A stretch of DNA of 34,462 bases from Candidatus Iainarchaeum sp. (GTDB taxonomy: Archaea > Iainarchaeota > Iainarchaeia > Iainarchaeales > JAFCCJ01), in assembly GCA_043816965.1 (NCBI GenBank), contig JBDRHK010000038.1, positions 1-34,462 of the forward strand, in the 5' to 3' direction. Shown here one piece after another: positions 1 to 9,254 of the stretch. Position 1 is the first letter of the stretch. Every line of letters begins with the position of its first letter. The notes beneath the pieces were generated by a model. The model had not been told where the DNA came from, searched no databases, and saw only the letters and a list, made by a program, of their open reading frames with translations. A program made the position numbers and the translations under genes.

Positions 1-195
1 CAGGCTGAAAAATTTCCTGTTTTTCTGCATTTCAGCCAGAACAATTTTTCTGGAAGCAAGTTTAGCCATAATCTTGTGGACCTGGCTTGGGGCAAGATTT
101 TCCTCATCCGCAAGTTCCCTCAAATAATGCCTTCTTTCCAGAAGCTTTTCAATAAGTTTAAATGCATCCTTATTTAGAAAGTCTATTGAATCCAT
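1..195 (-). CDS. Partial gene (runs off the left edge), N-terminal winged-HTH protein; possibly an HTH-nucleotidyltransferase antitoxin
   Basis: Manual translation from ATG at 195: MDSIDFLNKDAFKLIEKLLERRHYLRELADEENLAPSQVHKIMAKLASRKIVLAEMQKNRKFFSL, a YLRELA...PSQVH..M..L wHTH pattern. Not in the ORF track. Confidence 0.65.
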   Translation of the reverse strand, partial: MDSIDFLNKDAFKLIEKLLERRHYLRELADEENLAPSQVHKIMAKLASRKIVLAEMQKNRKFFSL

Positions 196-350
196 AATTA
201 TAATATTAATCGTTCATATATAAAAACATTTCGTTCACCATAAAGAACAATAAATTTGCTGTTTTCTGTTAAGAACTGAATTCCGGAACTTCCTTGGAAT
301 TCTCAGGGAAAATATAAATAATCTTCCATACCAATTATTTGGGTAAGAAA

Positions 351-1484
351 ATGAAGATGGTTGCTGTTGTTGGCGGAGGCCCTGTAGGCTTATACCTTGC
401 GAGAAGGCTTCAGGAGGAGGGCTGGGAAACAGTTCTTTTGGAGGAGCATTCTGCGATTGGAAAACCCGTTAATTGCGCAGGCCTGATAAGTGCTTCCGGA
501 GTAAATGACCTAAAACTGAATATTGAAGATTCCCTAGTAAATGAGATTAAGGGGGCAAGAATCTTTTCCCCGCACAATGAAATGCTTGAGGTTAAAAGGC
601 CGAGGACCGTCGCATATGTAATCGACAGGGAATTGTTTGATAAGTCCCTCTACAAGCAGGCTAAGGAAAAGGGAGTAGAGGTAAGGCTCAACACCAAGCT
701 AATTGATGTAAGAAATGAAACTTTATTTGTTGAAGCAGGAACAAGGGGGGAACTGTTAAAAGCAAAATATGTTGTCGGTGCAGATGGGGTTACATCCAAA
801 ATGAGAAATTTGATGGGTATTGGCACCAAGCCAAGCAACTTTGTCCATGCCTATCAGGCAAATATAAGGGGAAATTTTGACAAGAAATTTGTTGAGGTTT
901 ATTTCAGGGATTATGCAAATGATTTTTTCGCATGGGTCATTCCTGAAAGCGCGGAAGTCGCAAGGGTCGGCATTGCGACAAGCCAGGGAAATGTAAAGGC
1001 TGCGTTTGACTTGTTTGTTTCTGAAAAGAATTTTTCAGGGCCTTTCTCCTCAAAATCAAGTGCCCTTATTCCAATAGGCCTGCCCCTGAAAAACCTGATT
1101 AAGGACAATATGTTCCTTGTGGGGGATGCGGCCTTCCAGACAAAGGCATCAACCGGAGGGGGAGTCATTACAGGAATCACTGCTGCCGAGGCATTGTGCA
1201 AAACAATAAGCGGCTATCTCAAGGATAGGAAACCCTTCAGCAGTTACTATTCGCATCTGAAACCCCTCAATAAGGAACTCAACAGCCACTGGAAAATCCA
1301 CAACTTCCTCTCAAAAATGAGCGAGGATAAAATGGACAAAACATTCCGTGACATAAAGAATGCGGGGGTTGAAGAATTCCTGAACGAATACGGGGACATG
1401 GACAGGCCGACCCAATTCCTGGGAAAAGCTCTCACAAAACCAAGTTTGTGGAAACTGGCTCCATTGGCGTTGCGGTTTCTTTAA
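351..1484 (+). CDS. Geranylgeranyl reductase family flavoprotein (DGGGPL reductase-like)
   Basis: GGGPVG FAD motif, C-A-G, IDRELFDK, GADG, FAWVIP and LVGDAA...GGG motifs. ATG at 351 preferred over TTG at 339. Confidence 0.9.
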   Translation: MKMVAVVGGGPVGLYLARRLQEEGWETVLLEEHSAIGKPVNCAGLISASGVNDLKLNIEDSLVNEIKGARIFSPHNEMLEVKRPRTVAYVIDRELFDKSLYKQAKEKGVEVRLNTKLIDVRNETLFVEAGTRGELLKAKYVVGADGVTSKMRNLMGIGTKPSNFVHAYQANIRGNFDKKFVEVYFRDYANDFFAWVIPESAEVARVGIATSQGNVKAAFDLFVSEKNFSGPFSSKSSALIPIGLPLKNLIKDNMFLVGDAAFQTKASTGGGVITGITAAEALCKTISGYLKDRKPFSSYYSHLKPLNKELNSHWKIHNFLSKMSEDKMDKTFRDIKNAGVEEFLNEYGDMDRPTQFLGKALTKPSLWKLAPLALRFL

Positions 1485-1485
1485 T

Positions 1486-1625
1486 TCAACTGTCACGCCC
1501 AGTTGACGCAAAGCATGAGGCTTGCGTGAAAAATCGTTCAAAGATATATTGTGCAAGCCCGAGGCTAAGCCTCGGGTTCCCTCATGCTTTGACATGCGGA
1601 TACGTCGTCCCGCCTGCGACGGGAC
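1486..1625. repeat. Nested inverted-repeat element between convergent genes
   Basis: TCAACTG/CAGTTGA (1486-1506); 12-bp stem CAAAGCATGAGG (1509-1520)/CCTCATGCTTTG (1580-1591) enclosing CTTGC/GCAAG and the CCCGAGGC-TAA-GCCTCGGG hairpin (1558-1576); GTCCCG/CGGGAC hairpin (1607-1625). Confidence 0.75.
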
Positions 1626-1669
1626 ATAAATATAATCGCCCCCAGTGATGCGGTTTTTGTAAAAGTACC

Positions 1670-1984
1670 CTATTCCTTCAGGTTCTTAAGGCTTTTTTCC
1701 AATGCCTTATAAACTTCTTGCCTTTTTGATTTGTTTAAAGAAAACAGTTTCTTTTCCACAGTCTTTTCTGCTATTGTAAAAATGTAATTTGTTTTGATTA
1801 CGCTGTCCTTTATTGCCCCATCCTTTTTGGTCAGAGAAATTCCTTGCATTTCAGTATTGCTGGTTATCCCCGCAACTACAACATTCCCGAATTCCTTAAA
1901 AAGAACAACTGCCGGGCGTTTTTTGATCTCAAAAGTATCTGTAAACTGCACCTTTGCCAGAATTACATCTCCTGGTTCAGGCAT
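1670..1984 (-). CDS. PemK/MazF family toxin
   Basis: From ATG 1984: GDVILAKVQFTD...KKRPAVVL...ITSN, the MazF signature; overlaps the stop of the upstream small gene. Confidence 0.85.
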   Translation of the reverse strand: MPEPGDVILAKVQFTDTFEIKKRPAVVLFKEFGNVVVAGITSNTEMQGISLTKKDGAIKDSVIKTNYIFTIAEKTVEKKLFSLNKSKRQEVYKALEKSLKNLKE

Positions 1985-2213
1985 TTTCCCACTCTTCGTC
2001 TTCTTTATTATCCCACAATTCTTCCATCTTTTCTTGCTGTATCTTGTGCAGGACTTCATCATACTGGTTTTTCATCCTGAGGGATTTTTGGGTTTGCGCA
2101 AGTTCAAGAATAAGATCCGAATAGGTCTGCCTCGGGTATTTTTTCGCCTTCTTCAGCTCCCTGAGAACAGATTTTTTCAGCTGTATAGTTGTAACATCAG
2201 ACATATAACTCAC
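1977..2213 (-). CDS. Putative antitoxin (RHH-like N-terminus, acidic tail)
   Basis: TTIQLKKSV...TYSDLILEL N-terminus and ELWDNKEDEEWENA tail; coupled to the toxin; CATATAACT direct repeats at the start (2202-2221). Confidence 0.75.
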   Translation of the reverse strand: MSYMSDVTTIQLKKSVLRELKKAKKYPRQTYSDLILELAQTQKSLRMKNQYDEVLHKIQQEKMEELWDNKEDEEWENA

Positions 2214-2284
2214 ATATAACTACTATATAATTGATTATATAAATGTTTGTTTTCGATAATGAAGTGGATTAAAAAGAAAAAGAG

Positions 2285-2379
2285 TAGCCCCGAGGAGATT
2301 CGAACTCCTGTCACTGCCTTTCCCTATTTGGTCATAAAATATCAGAGGGCAGTATCCTTGGCCACTAGACTACGGGGCT
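2285..2379 (-). tRNA. tRNA-Gln(CTG) with 22-nt intron at 37/38 (intron 2320-2341); CCA not encoded
   Basis: Minus strand: acceptor AGCCCCG/CGGGGCT-A, anticodon stem CTGCC/GGCAG with CT-CTG-A, T arm AGGAG-TTCGAAT-CTCCT. BHB motif: helix CTCT/AGGG with bulges GA|T and AA|A. Confidence 0.95.
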
Positions 2380-2445
2380 ATTAACTAATAAATTCTGCTG
2401 GAAAAGATTTTTAATCTCTCTCCCTCTTATTTAATCCGGATTCAG

Positions 2446-2802
2446 ATGATTGATTTCATAATATCGACAATACTTTTCATCCTTGTTGTGACCATTCCAG
2501 GTTATGCAATCGCATTGGCATTTTTCACCAAAAAAGGGGAAATTGACCTTATTGAGAGATTGACGTTCTCACTTCTGTTCTCAATAATTTTCCCGCCAAT
2601 CCTTATCCTGATTGAGAACCAATTGCTTGGAATTCCCCTGAATTTCATTTCAGTGGCAGGCACTGAAATCTTCCTAATCCTCATTTCCCTGCTGGTTTAC
2701 TCTGCAAGAATCAAAAGAATTAATGCTCCGAAAATATTCTACAAGTACATTCCTGCAGTGAATGAAAAAGATGCGGTTGAACTAATTCCCAAAATCAGAT
2801 AA
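2446..2802 (+). CDS. DUF1616-like membrane protein
   Basis: PGY...FF...IDLIERLTFSLLFSI motif with three hydrophobic segments. Confidence 0.7.
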   Translation: MIDFIISTILFILVVTIPGYAIALAFFTKKGEIDLIERLTFSLLFSIIFPPILILIENQLLGIPLNFISVAGTEIFLILISLLVYSARIKRINAPKIFYKYIPAVNEKDAVELIPKIR

Positions 2803-5800
2803 TTACTTTCGTTCAGGTCTCCAGGAGAATTTTCCCTCCTTAGGGCCTTCTTTTTCCTTTGCATTGAACCAGTCATCCAGATCCCTGCTCACATTGGACC
2901 AGATGGAATCTTCCTTATGGACCTTTTTTACCGCATCATTCAAGCCCCATGGCCCTGATCCCTCACTCTTAACCTTCTTGTATTTCTTGTAGCTGTGCCT
3001 GACGAAAAGCCCGCTTCCAAAGAGCACAAATATCAGGGCAATTACAACAAGCAAAATTATAAGTATTATTATAATTGTAACAAGGTCTAGCCCCTCGCCA
3101 GCAGCCTGTTTGAAGCTTGGTGTTTCTCCACTCAGTAAAGGTATAGGCGGGGCAATGAAATCATTAATTACCCCGTCATCAATCAATGCATCTGCCTCAC
3201 CCTTTGAAAGGCCGTTCAGCCCATAGCTGAAAGTGGCGGTTTCGCCGGCCAAAACCTCTGCGCTGAATTTAATTATCGGGTCAGATTCAATTACTGTGAA
3301 ACCCCCGGAAATTTCGGATGAATCCCCTGCAAAGCTTTTCGGGACAAATTCTATAATCTGGATTGTTTTTGCTTCCCCTGAATTGTTTGTAAACTTAATT
3401 TCAATTTTTGCATCATATGTGGCAAGGGCATCAGAACCTTTCTTTGTAATTTTCAGGTTCCTTTCAACATTGTTTTCAGCAAGAAGTTCAACAGCTTTCT
3501 CTGATTGTGTGCCGATTAAATTGGTGGCATTAACCAAACCGGCCAGGTTGTCAGTGCTGAAATTGTATTTGGCTGTTTTGTAGGTGGTTTCATCTGTTGG
3601 AGGAGGTTCTGGAGGAGATCCCCCATTGTTCTTCAATGTAACTGAAATTATTGCCTCATCAGCATTTGCTGCCTTGTCCACAACCTCTGCTTTGAGTTCA
3701 TACTGGCCGTCTGCCATTTCGCTTGTGTCCCATTTGTAAACATAGCTTCCGCCGGTCTTGCCTGTAACCCCTGAGATTTTCTCCCAGTCCCCTGTTGATT
3801 TGTAGTAAAAGTTAACTGTTCTGATTCCTGAACCATTATCAGAAGCATCTGCCTTAAGGTCAACTGTTCCGCCAATTTCAGTATTTTCTGCAGGGGCCTC
3901 CCAGCTGACTGATGGTTCGGCAGCATCAATATAAAAGTCAGCCAAGGCGTCACACAAATTATTCTCAGAGTCCTTCCCCATTACAAGTATCTGCGCATTG
4001 CCTGTCTCGCCGCTTTCAACAGTGAATGAGGTTGAAATAAGTGAGGTGTTGTTTTTATTTTCCTCCAGGCGAGTGGTCTGTCCGCCCTTTTTCAGCTTTA
4101 CATCTGTATCGTACATCTTCCCCCCTGTTGAGGAAACACTAACATCCACCGTTCCTTCTTTTACATAAGCATCAACATCAATATTGATTGTTATATCACA
4201 ACCAATTTCGGGCCTTACAGTCCTCTCAGGGCTCATGCTTCCCTGATTGCCCACATTGTCAATCGGCCTGATTTTATAGTAATATGTCGTGTTTGCAGCC
4301 ATATTGGAGGCAACATCTGTGTAGTATCTGTTTGTGGTTGTATCAATCTTATCAGTTGCGGCATCTGCTATATTGAAGTTCCTGAAGACGCTCCTGTAAA
4401 TTTCATAATAATCCATTCCGGCATGGTCATCGCTTGAGGCGGCCCACTCAAGCCTTACGCTTCCGTCACTACTTGCGGTAGCGGTGAAACTCCCAGGGGT
4501 TGTCGGGCCTGTTGTGTCAACCTTAATTGTGTAGTGGTCTGTGTTTCCGCAGCAGATTCCATTGCATGCCCTCAAATGGAAATACCATGTTCCGTCTGAC
4601 TTGCTGTCAGTCATTGAGGTGTCAGATCTGTCAATTGATTCATCAGGTGTTGTTGAAGATGAATCATTAAACTCATAACTGTAACCTGTTGCGTTGGCCA
4701 CAGTTGCCCAGCTTAATTCAATTGTCCCGTCGGCATCCCAGGTATTTTCCGGGTGTGAGGAGCTTTCAATAACCGGAGTTCCCAAACTGCAGCCGCTTGC
4801 CACCGGAGTCACAATATCGCTGCTCTCTGAGGCAGGGCTTTCATTTCCTGCGGCATCAACGGCAGTAATTTTGAAGTAATAATCAGTTCCATTGCCCAAT
4901 CCTGAATTGAGATAAGTTGTAGTGCCTTTGGCAACAGTCGTAACTAAAGTATTAGCATCCCAGGCCTGCCCTGCAGTAATCCTGTAAATTTTAATCCCTG
5001 TAACATCAACCTCACCATGAGCACTCCAGCTGACTGTAACCGCCCCATTTCCTGCGCTCACCGATGGCTTTCCCGGAGCGGTAGGCGTTCCTGGGGAAAC
5101 AGAGACAGCCGTCACCGACTTATCCTCATTCGAATTTGTGTCAACTGCGGTCACAGCGAAGTAATAATTCTGGTTTGTGGTAAGCGAACTCGCTTCATAA
5201 GTGGTTGTTGAGGAATCCGTGGTGTCGATTGCGGTCAATGAAGTTACATCTGTAATTGCGGAAGTTTCCTGATAGATGTTGTAATGGTCCAAATCCCCGG
5301 CACCACTTGCAGCCCAGTCCAATTGGACACTTGTGTCAGAGAGCTCTGTAACTGTTAAACCTGTAATGTCATCAGGAGCTGTCGTATCTGCAGCCGCGGC
5401 AATTGTGAATGCCCACACAGATTGTGTTGCCGAATTCCCTGCATTGTCCTTGGCGTCAAGGGTCACATTGACCTCCTGGCCGACGGTGAAAGGCGTTGAA
5501 GGGGTAAATGTTACCGTACCGGACGCGAAATCAAGCTCTGCGCTTGTCACTGCGTAATTGGTGCCCTCAACATTCATCGTAATTGTTGCGGAATTAATGT
5601 CAGATGTTGCGTCGCTCAAAGACGCGGTTATTGGCTGGCTTAAATTGCTGGGTGTTGCGCCATTGGCCGGTGAAAGATTTGAGATGGTGGGCGCAACATT
5701 ATCAAAAATTATTGTATCGCTTGAAGTGGCAGTGTTAGCGTCAGTGCTCTCAACCTTTATATGCACTGTTTTGGTTCCATTATCAGCATTGCAGCCGCCC

Positions 5801-6039
5801 CCGGTTGAAAAATCAAAGGAACTGGTGGCGGCATAGGCAACATAGGCTTCATAAGTGGAATTATCGCAGGAAAATGCCATCCCGTTGGCATCGGTTGCGC
5901 TGATGTTCAGCGTGACCGCAGTTGTTTTCGTGTATTGCGCACCATTGGCAATGGCAAAACTGCTGATAACAGGCGTAACAGCAAATGCACTGTTAACCAG
6001 AAGCAATATAAGGATGCAAAAAAGGCCAAGTCTTTTCAA
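2803..6039 (-). CDS. Large secreted, membrane-anchored surface protein with FN3 and Ig-like domains
   Basis: Signal peptide; several FN3 repeats (YYFAVTAVD, YYFKITAVDAAGNES, YYYKIRPIDNVGN); Big-like domain; C-terminal TM helix and cytoplasmic tail. Confidence 0.85.
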   Translation of the reverse strand: MKRLGLFCILILLLVNSAFAVTPVISSFAIANGAQYTKTTAVTLNISATDANGMAFSCDNSTYEAYVAYAATSSFDFSTGGGCNADNGTKTVHIKVESTDANTATSSDTIIFDNVAPTISNLSPANGATPSNLSQPITASLSDATSDINSATITMNVEGTNYAVTSAELDFASGTVTFTPSTPFTVGQEVNVTLDAKDNAGNSATQSVWAFTIAAAADTTAPDDITGLTVTELSDTSVQLDWAASGAGDLDHYNIYQETSAITDVTSLTAIDTTDSSTTTYEASSLTTNQNYYFAVTAVDTNSNEDKSVTAVSVSPGTPTAPGKPSVSAGNGAVTVSWSAHGEVDVTGIKIYRITAGQAWDANTLVTTVAKGTTTYLNSGLGNGTDYYFKITAVDAAGNESPASESSDIVTPVASGCSLGTPVIESSSHPENTWDADGTIELSWATVANATGYSYEFNDSSSTTPDESIDRSDTSMTDSKSDGTWYFHLRACNGICCGNTDHYTIKVDTTGPTTPGSFTATASSDGSVRLEWAASSDDHAGMDYYEIYRSVFRNFNIADAATDKIDTTTNRYYTDVASNMAANTTYYYKIRPIDNVGNQGSMSPERTVRPEIGCDITINIDVDAYVKEGTVDVSVSSTGGKMYDTDVKLKKGGQTTRLEENKNNTSLISTSFTVESGETGNAQILVMGKDSENNLCDALADFYIDAAEPSVSWEAPAENTEIGGTVDLKADASDNGSGIRTVNFYYKSTGDWEKISGVTGKTGGSYVYKWDTSEMADGQYELKAEVVDKAANADEAIISVTLKNNGGSPPEPPPTDETTYKTAKYNFSTDNLAGLVNATNLIGTQSEKAVELLAENNVERNLKITKKGSDALATYDAKIEIKFTNNSGEAKTIQIIEFVPKSFAGDSSEISGGFTVIESDPIIKFSAEVLAGETATFSYGLNGLSKGEADALIDDGVINDFIAPPIPLLSGETPSFKQAAGEGLDLVTIIIILIILLVVIALIFVLFGSGLFVRHSYKKYKKVKSEGSGPWGLNDAVKKVHKEDSIWSNVSRDLDDWFNAKEKEGPKEGKFSWRPERK

Positions 6040-6218
6040 TCAAAACCCCTCAAAATCCACCAAAGACACATCTTACCAGATTTTATATATTCAGTTTAGA
6101 AATGTTTTAAAATGCATTATGCGGCACTGATACATAATTCAATTTTCAGCCCAAATTTTCCGTCCTTGAATTTTACTCCCTATACATAACCATTTAAATT
6201 CCTTTTACACAATTAAGT

Positions 6219-6677
6219 GTGGTTGGAATGAGCCCTGAACAGATAGTTTATTTGATTCTCATAACTATTGTCCCCTGGATTGAGTTGAGAGGGGCAATAC
6301 CTGCAGGAATCCTTATGGGCATGGATCCGCTAACGGTTTTTCTTATCTCAGTAGTTACAAACATCCTGGTCATTTTCCCGATTTATATCTTCCTTGAATT
6401 AATTTTCCCATATTTTGAATCCTTGCCCATAATTCAGCCAATTCTTGCAAAGATAAGGGGTAAAACCGGGAAATATGTTGATAAATATGGTTTCCTCGGG
6501 CTTCTAATCTTCACCGCAATTCCCTTGCCAGGGAGTGGCGCCTACAGCGCATGCCTTGGCGCGCATCTTTTGAAAATCAGGAAAAGGGATGCGATTCCTG
6601 CAATTGCTTTGGGCGTGATAGTTGCGGGAATTTTAGTCACTTTAATTTCAATTGGATTTTTCAAGTTATTTGTTTAA
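6219..6677 (+). CDS. Small multi-drug export family membrane protein (COG2426-like)
   Basis: PWIELRGAIP and FTAIPLPGSGAY motifs. Confidence 0.85.
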   Translation: MVGMSPEQIVYLILITIVPWIELRGAIPAGILMGMDPLTVFLISVVTNILVIFPIYIFLELIFPYFESLPIIQPILAKIRGKTGKYVDKYGFLGLLIFTAIPLPGSGAYSACLGAHLLKIRKRDAIPAIALGVIVAGILVTLISIGFFKLFV

Positions 6678-7457
6678 AACCGAGGTTTTAATGTCCTCTG
6701 CGCAGGAGCATTTCTTCTCCAAAGAATCAATTTTAGGCATGGTCTCCAGGAAAATCTTTTTCACATTTTCCACATTCTGCGCCATCACCTTCATGACTTC
6801 ATCAATTGTGACAGCTTGACAATTTGAGTCAAAGCAGTCATAATCAGTGCTCATAGCAACAACCTGATAATGCATCCCTGCCTCGCGCGCGAGAACACAC
6901 TCAGGAACGGTCGACATATTTATCACATCAGCCCCCCACTGGCGAAACATCAGTGATTCAGCCCTTGTGCTGAACCTCGGGCCCTCGATTGTGATTACTG
7001 TTTTATTCACATGGCTCTTAATTCCCAATTCCTTTGCAACCCCGGCCATAAGCCTGCGCAGTTCAGGGCAAAATGGCTCAGCCATAGGGAGATGGCAAAC
7101 CCTGTCCTTATCATAAAAAGTGGAAGCCCTTTTCGTTGTCCTGTCAATAAACTGATCAGGAAAAATCAAATGCCCTGGCTCAATTTCCTTGCGCAGTGAG
7201 CCGCACGCGCTGGAGGCGAGGATGTGCGTCACTCCCAATTGCTTAAGTGCATCAATATTTGCGCGGTTGGGGACATTAGTAGGCATAATGCTGTGCTTAG
7301 GCCCGTGCCGGGAGAGAATTGCGACATCCTTTCCCGCAATCTTCCCGATTTTTATTTTTGAGGAGGGTTTTCCCCATTCAGTGGAAATTTCCTGCTCCTT
7401 GGCATCTTTAAGGATTTTTGGATCCTCCAAACCTGAACCGCCAATAATCCCAATCAT
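6666..7457 (-). CDS. mtnP: 5'-methylthioadenosine phosphorylase
   Basis: IGIIGGSG, RHG..H...P, ACGSL, EGPRFSTRAES, INMST.PE and TDYD motifs. Confidence 0.95.
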   Translation of the reverse strand: MIGIIGGSGLEDPKILKDAKEQEISTEWGKPSSKIKIGKIAGKDVAILSRHGPKHSIMPTNVPNRANIDALKQLGVTHILASSACGSLRKEIEPGHLIFPDQFIDRTTKRASTFYDKDRVCHLPMAEPFCPELRRLMAGVAKELGIKSHVNKTVITIEGPRFSTRAESLMFRQWGADVINMSTVPECVLAREAGMHYQVVAMSTDYDCFDSNCQAVTIDEVMKVMAQNVENVKKIFLETMPKIDSLEKKCSCAEDIKTSVLNK

Positions 7458-7460
7458 TCT

Positions 7461-8045
7461 TCATTCCTCCAATTCCTTCGCCCTTTCCAGATATTCGAGA
7501 GCAATTTTTCCGGCCTCCTCCATCGATGCCCCCATGGAGAAAAATCCGTGCTCCCTCGCGACAATCATCTTATTCTCATTTAATATATCTATTATTTCCT
7601 TTAATAATTCTATAGTGCCGGCCTTTGCAAAGTTTTCCGTAACCGGAATCCCCAATTCAGCAGCATGCTTCAGAATAAGTTCACTGTGCCCGTGGAAAAT
7701 TGCATTTAGCTCAGGCCGCCTTTTGTAAATCTCCCAGTGAATGAAGGTTTCGCTGCTGGGCTCACTCAAGCCAACAACTTTCACACTAAAATTTTCAATT
7801 TCACACTCAATTACTTCGACCAATTCATTCTCCGAACAATTCCCCAAATTGTTTCCTGAAGCAGTAATAATCATTCCCTTCCCGCCCCGGAATGACAGAT
7901 TCCCGTGTGATCTCTCCCCACTGAGAGGCGCCAAACCAAATTCGGAAAACCTTTTGCACCAGTTAAGCAGTTCAGCAGAATTCGGATTTTCCGGCGCATT
8001 CCTCTCCAGAAAAACAGTCTCAAATTTCGCAACAGACTCAGTCAT
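7461..8045 (-). CDS. Class II aldolase/adducin family protein (Ald2- or MtnB-like)
   Basis: GNLS.R, ITASG, PSSE..IH..IY, H.H and EHG zinc ligands; 3 nt upstream of mtnP. Confidence 0.85.
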   Translation of the reverse strand: MTESVAKFETVFLERNAPENPNSAELLNWCKRFSEFGLAPLSGERSHGNLSFRGGKGMIITASGNNLGNCSENELVEVIECEIENFSVKVVGLSEPSSETFIHWEIYKRRPELNAIFHGHSELILKHAAELGIPVTENFAKAGTIELLKEIIDILNENKMIVAREHGFFSMGASMEEAGKIALEYLERAKELEE

Positions 8046-8095
8046 TGTAATTAAAGGGGAAGAAAAAGGTTATTAAGATTTTATTGTGGGATTCC

Positions 8096-8109
8096 GGGCA
8101 AATTTGCCC
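8096..8109. promoter_or_regulatory. Perfect 14-bp palindrome, candidate operator
   Basis: GGGCAAATTTGCCC between the divergent aldolase and SemiSWEET starts. Confidence 0.4.
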
Positions 8110-8149
8110 TGCACGAATATTTTTATTCCCTTTGAGCATATTCTGATAC

Positions 8150-8410
8150 ATGTGGATTGACCTTTTGGGTTATGCTGCCGGCCTTCTTGTTGTAATTTCC
8201 TTACTCCCCCAAACGATAAAAAGCTGGAGAACAAAATCCACCAAGGACCTGTCTTATTGGAGATATATCCTTTATTCAATAGGCCTGGTTCTTTAGATAA
8301 CCTATGCGGTGATAATTCAGAACGGCCCTGTTGCGGCGATGAATTCAGTCGGCCTGATACTTGCACTTTCAATCCTGTTTTTGAAAATTAAATATGAGTA
8401 TTTCAGTTGA
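8150..8410 (+). pseudogene. SemiSWEET/PQ-loop transporter interrupted by in-frame TAG (8294-8296)
   Basis: MWIDLLGYAAGLLVVISLLPQTIKSWRTKSTKDLSYWRYILYSIGLVL*ITYAVIIQNGPVAAMNSVGLILALSILFLKIKYEYFS. LPQ and T.DLS motifs and the TM3 Asn are present; the stop is at the family's conserved TM2 Trp. Confidence 0.85.
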
Positions 8411-8432
8411 ATAATATATTTTTGAATTAGAA

Positions 8433-9101
8433 TCAGAAACTGCCCTTCAAATTCTTAATAAAACCAGGGAAAACTTTCGCCTCTGCCTTCCTCAAATTTT
8501 CCTGGAATGCGCGCCTGCTGCAGTTTGCAAATCCCGCAAGTTCCTCAAGTGTTACATTCCTTGGCCATGAGTAATAGTTGTGCATCTGCGCAATCTCCAG
8601 TGCGGAAAACTGCTTTCCTGTGAGAGGCTCACCCCTATCTTCGCGGAAATTTCCGGCGCGGAAAACCTTTACCTCGCCAAGAATTTCCAACTCATTAAGA
8701 AGGCCAATCAATTCCTTAGGGTTCCTCGCCAAAACCTTGTGCCTTTCATAACCATTCTCCTGCACAATCGGCGCTGTGTAAAGGCAGTTGCCGTTTACAA
8801 TTGTGTCATAGCTTGAGCCCACACATTTCTGGATTGTTGAGGTAATTGCAGAGTTATCGGTTTTATTGAACACCTCAAAATCCATTATTCCCTTATGGTT
8901 CTTCACAAAATTCAGGTAATTTTCCAGGGACTTCTTGTCCTGTGCCCTAATATCCCATGTCACATGGGCCGTGGTCTTGCCATTTTGCCTTTTCATAATG
9001 GTGATAGGCCCTTTCTCCCTTGCGGAAACCTCGGGGAAAGCGGCGCTTGATTCAGAGCCCCAGCATCCTTGGTGATAAACACCCAATTCAATTTCTTTCA
9101 T
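8433..9101 (-). CDS. Transcriptional regulator with C-terminal HTH_10 (bacterio-opsin activator-type) domain
   Basis: LTGKQFSALEIA....YY.WPRNVTLEELA......RAFQENLRKAE.K; N-terminal H.GCW. ATG 9101 chosen because the longer ORF overlaps the next gene. Confidence 0.85.
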   Translation of the reverse strand: MKEIELGVYHQGCWGSESSAAFPEVSAREKGPITIMKRQNGKTTAHVTWDIRAQDKKSLENYLNFVKNHKGIMDFEVFNKTDNSAITSTIQKCVGSSYDTIVNGNCLYTAPIVQENGYERHKVLARNPKELIGLLNELEILGEVKVFRAGNFREDRGEPLTGKQFSALEIAQMHNYYSWPRNVTLEELAGFANCSRRAFQENLRKAEAKVFPGFIKNLKGSF

Positions 9102-9226
9102 TATATAATTGTGTTTCCTGGCTATATAAAGCTTACTAATTAACGTTATTGGGTTAATACTGGCATAATTCAGAGGTTTGAAATGGCAAAATTCATACGG
9201 AAATCGGCGATTTGAGGAGGTTAAGG

Positions 9227-9254
9227 TTATATAGAAAAACAGCGTATTTTTAGC
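9227..9254 (+). promoter_or_regulatory. TATA/leader copy 1, shared by surface-protein genes A, C and D
   Basis: TTATATAGAAAAACAGCGTATTTTTAGC directly before the ATG; similar to 12900-12930 and 15693-15724. Confidence 0.6.

Noticed and set aside
1594..1605. ATGCGGATACGT, 11/12 match to the R1 core, downstream of a toxin gene
   Set aside because: Lacks the GCAGCTG and TTATTC parts; too short to separate from chance.
1448..1648. Short ORFs across structured intergenic regions (1448-1648, 1311-1595, 30565-30780)
   Set aside because: No family features; explained by stop-poor, GC-rich palindromic DNA.
8073..8372. 99-aa minus-strand ORF
   Set aside because: Antisense shadow of the interrupted SemiSWEET gene.
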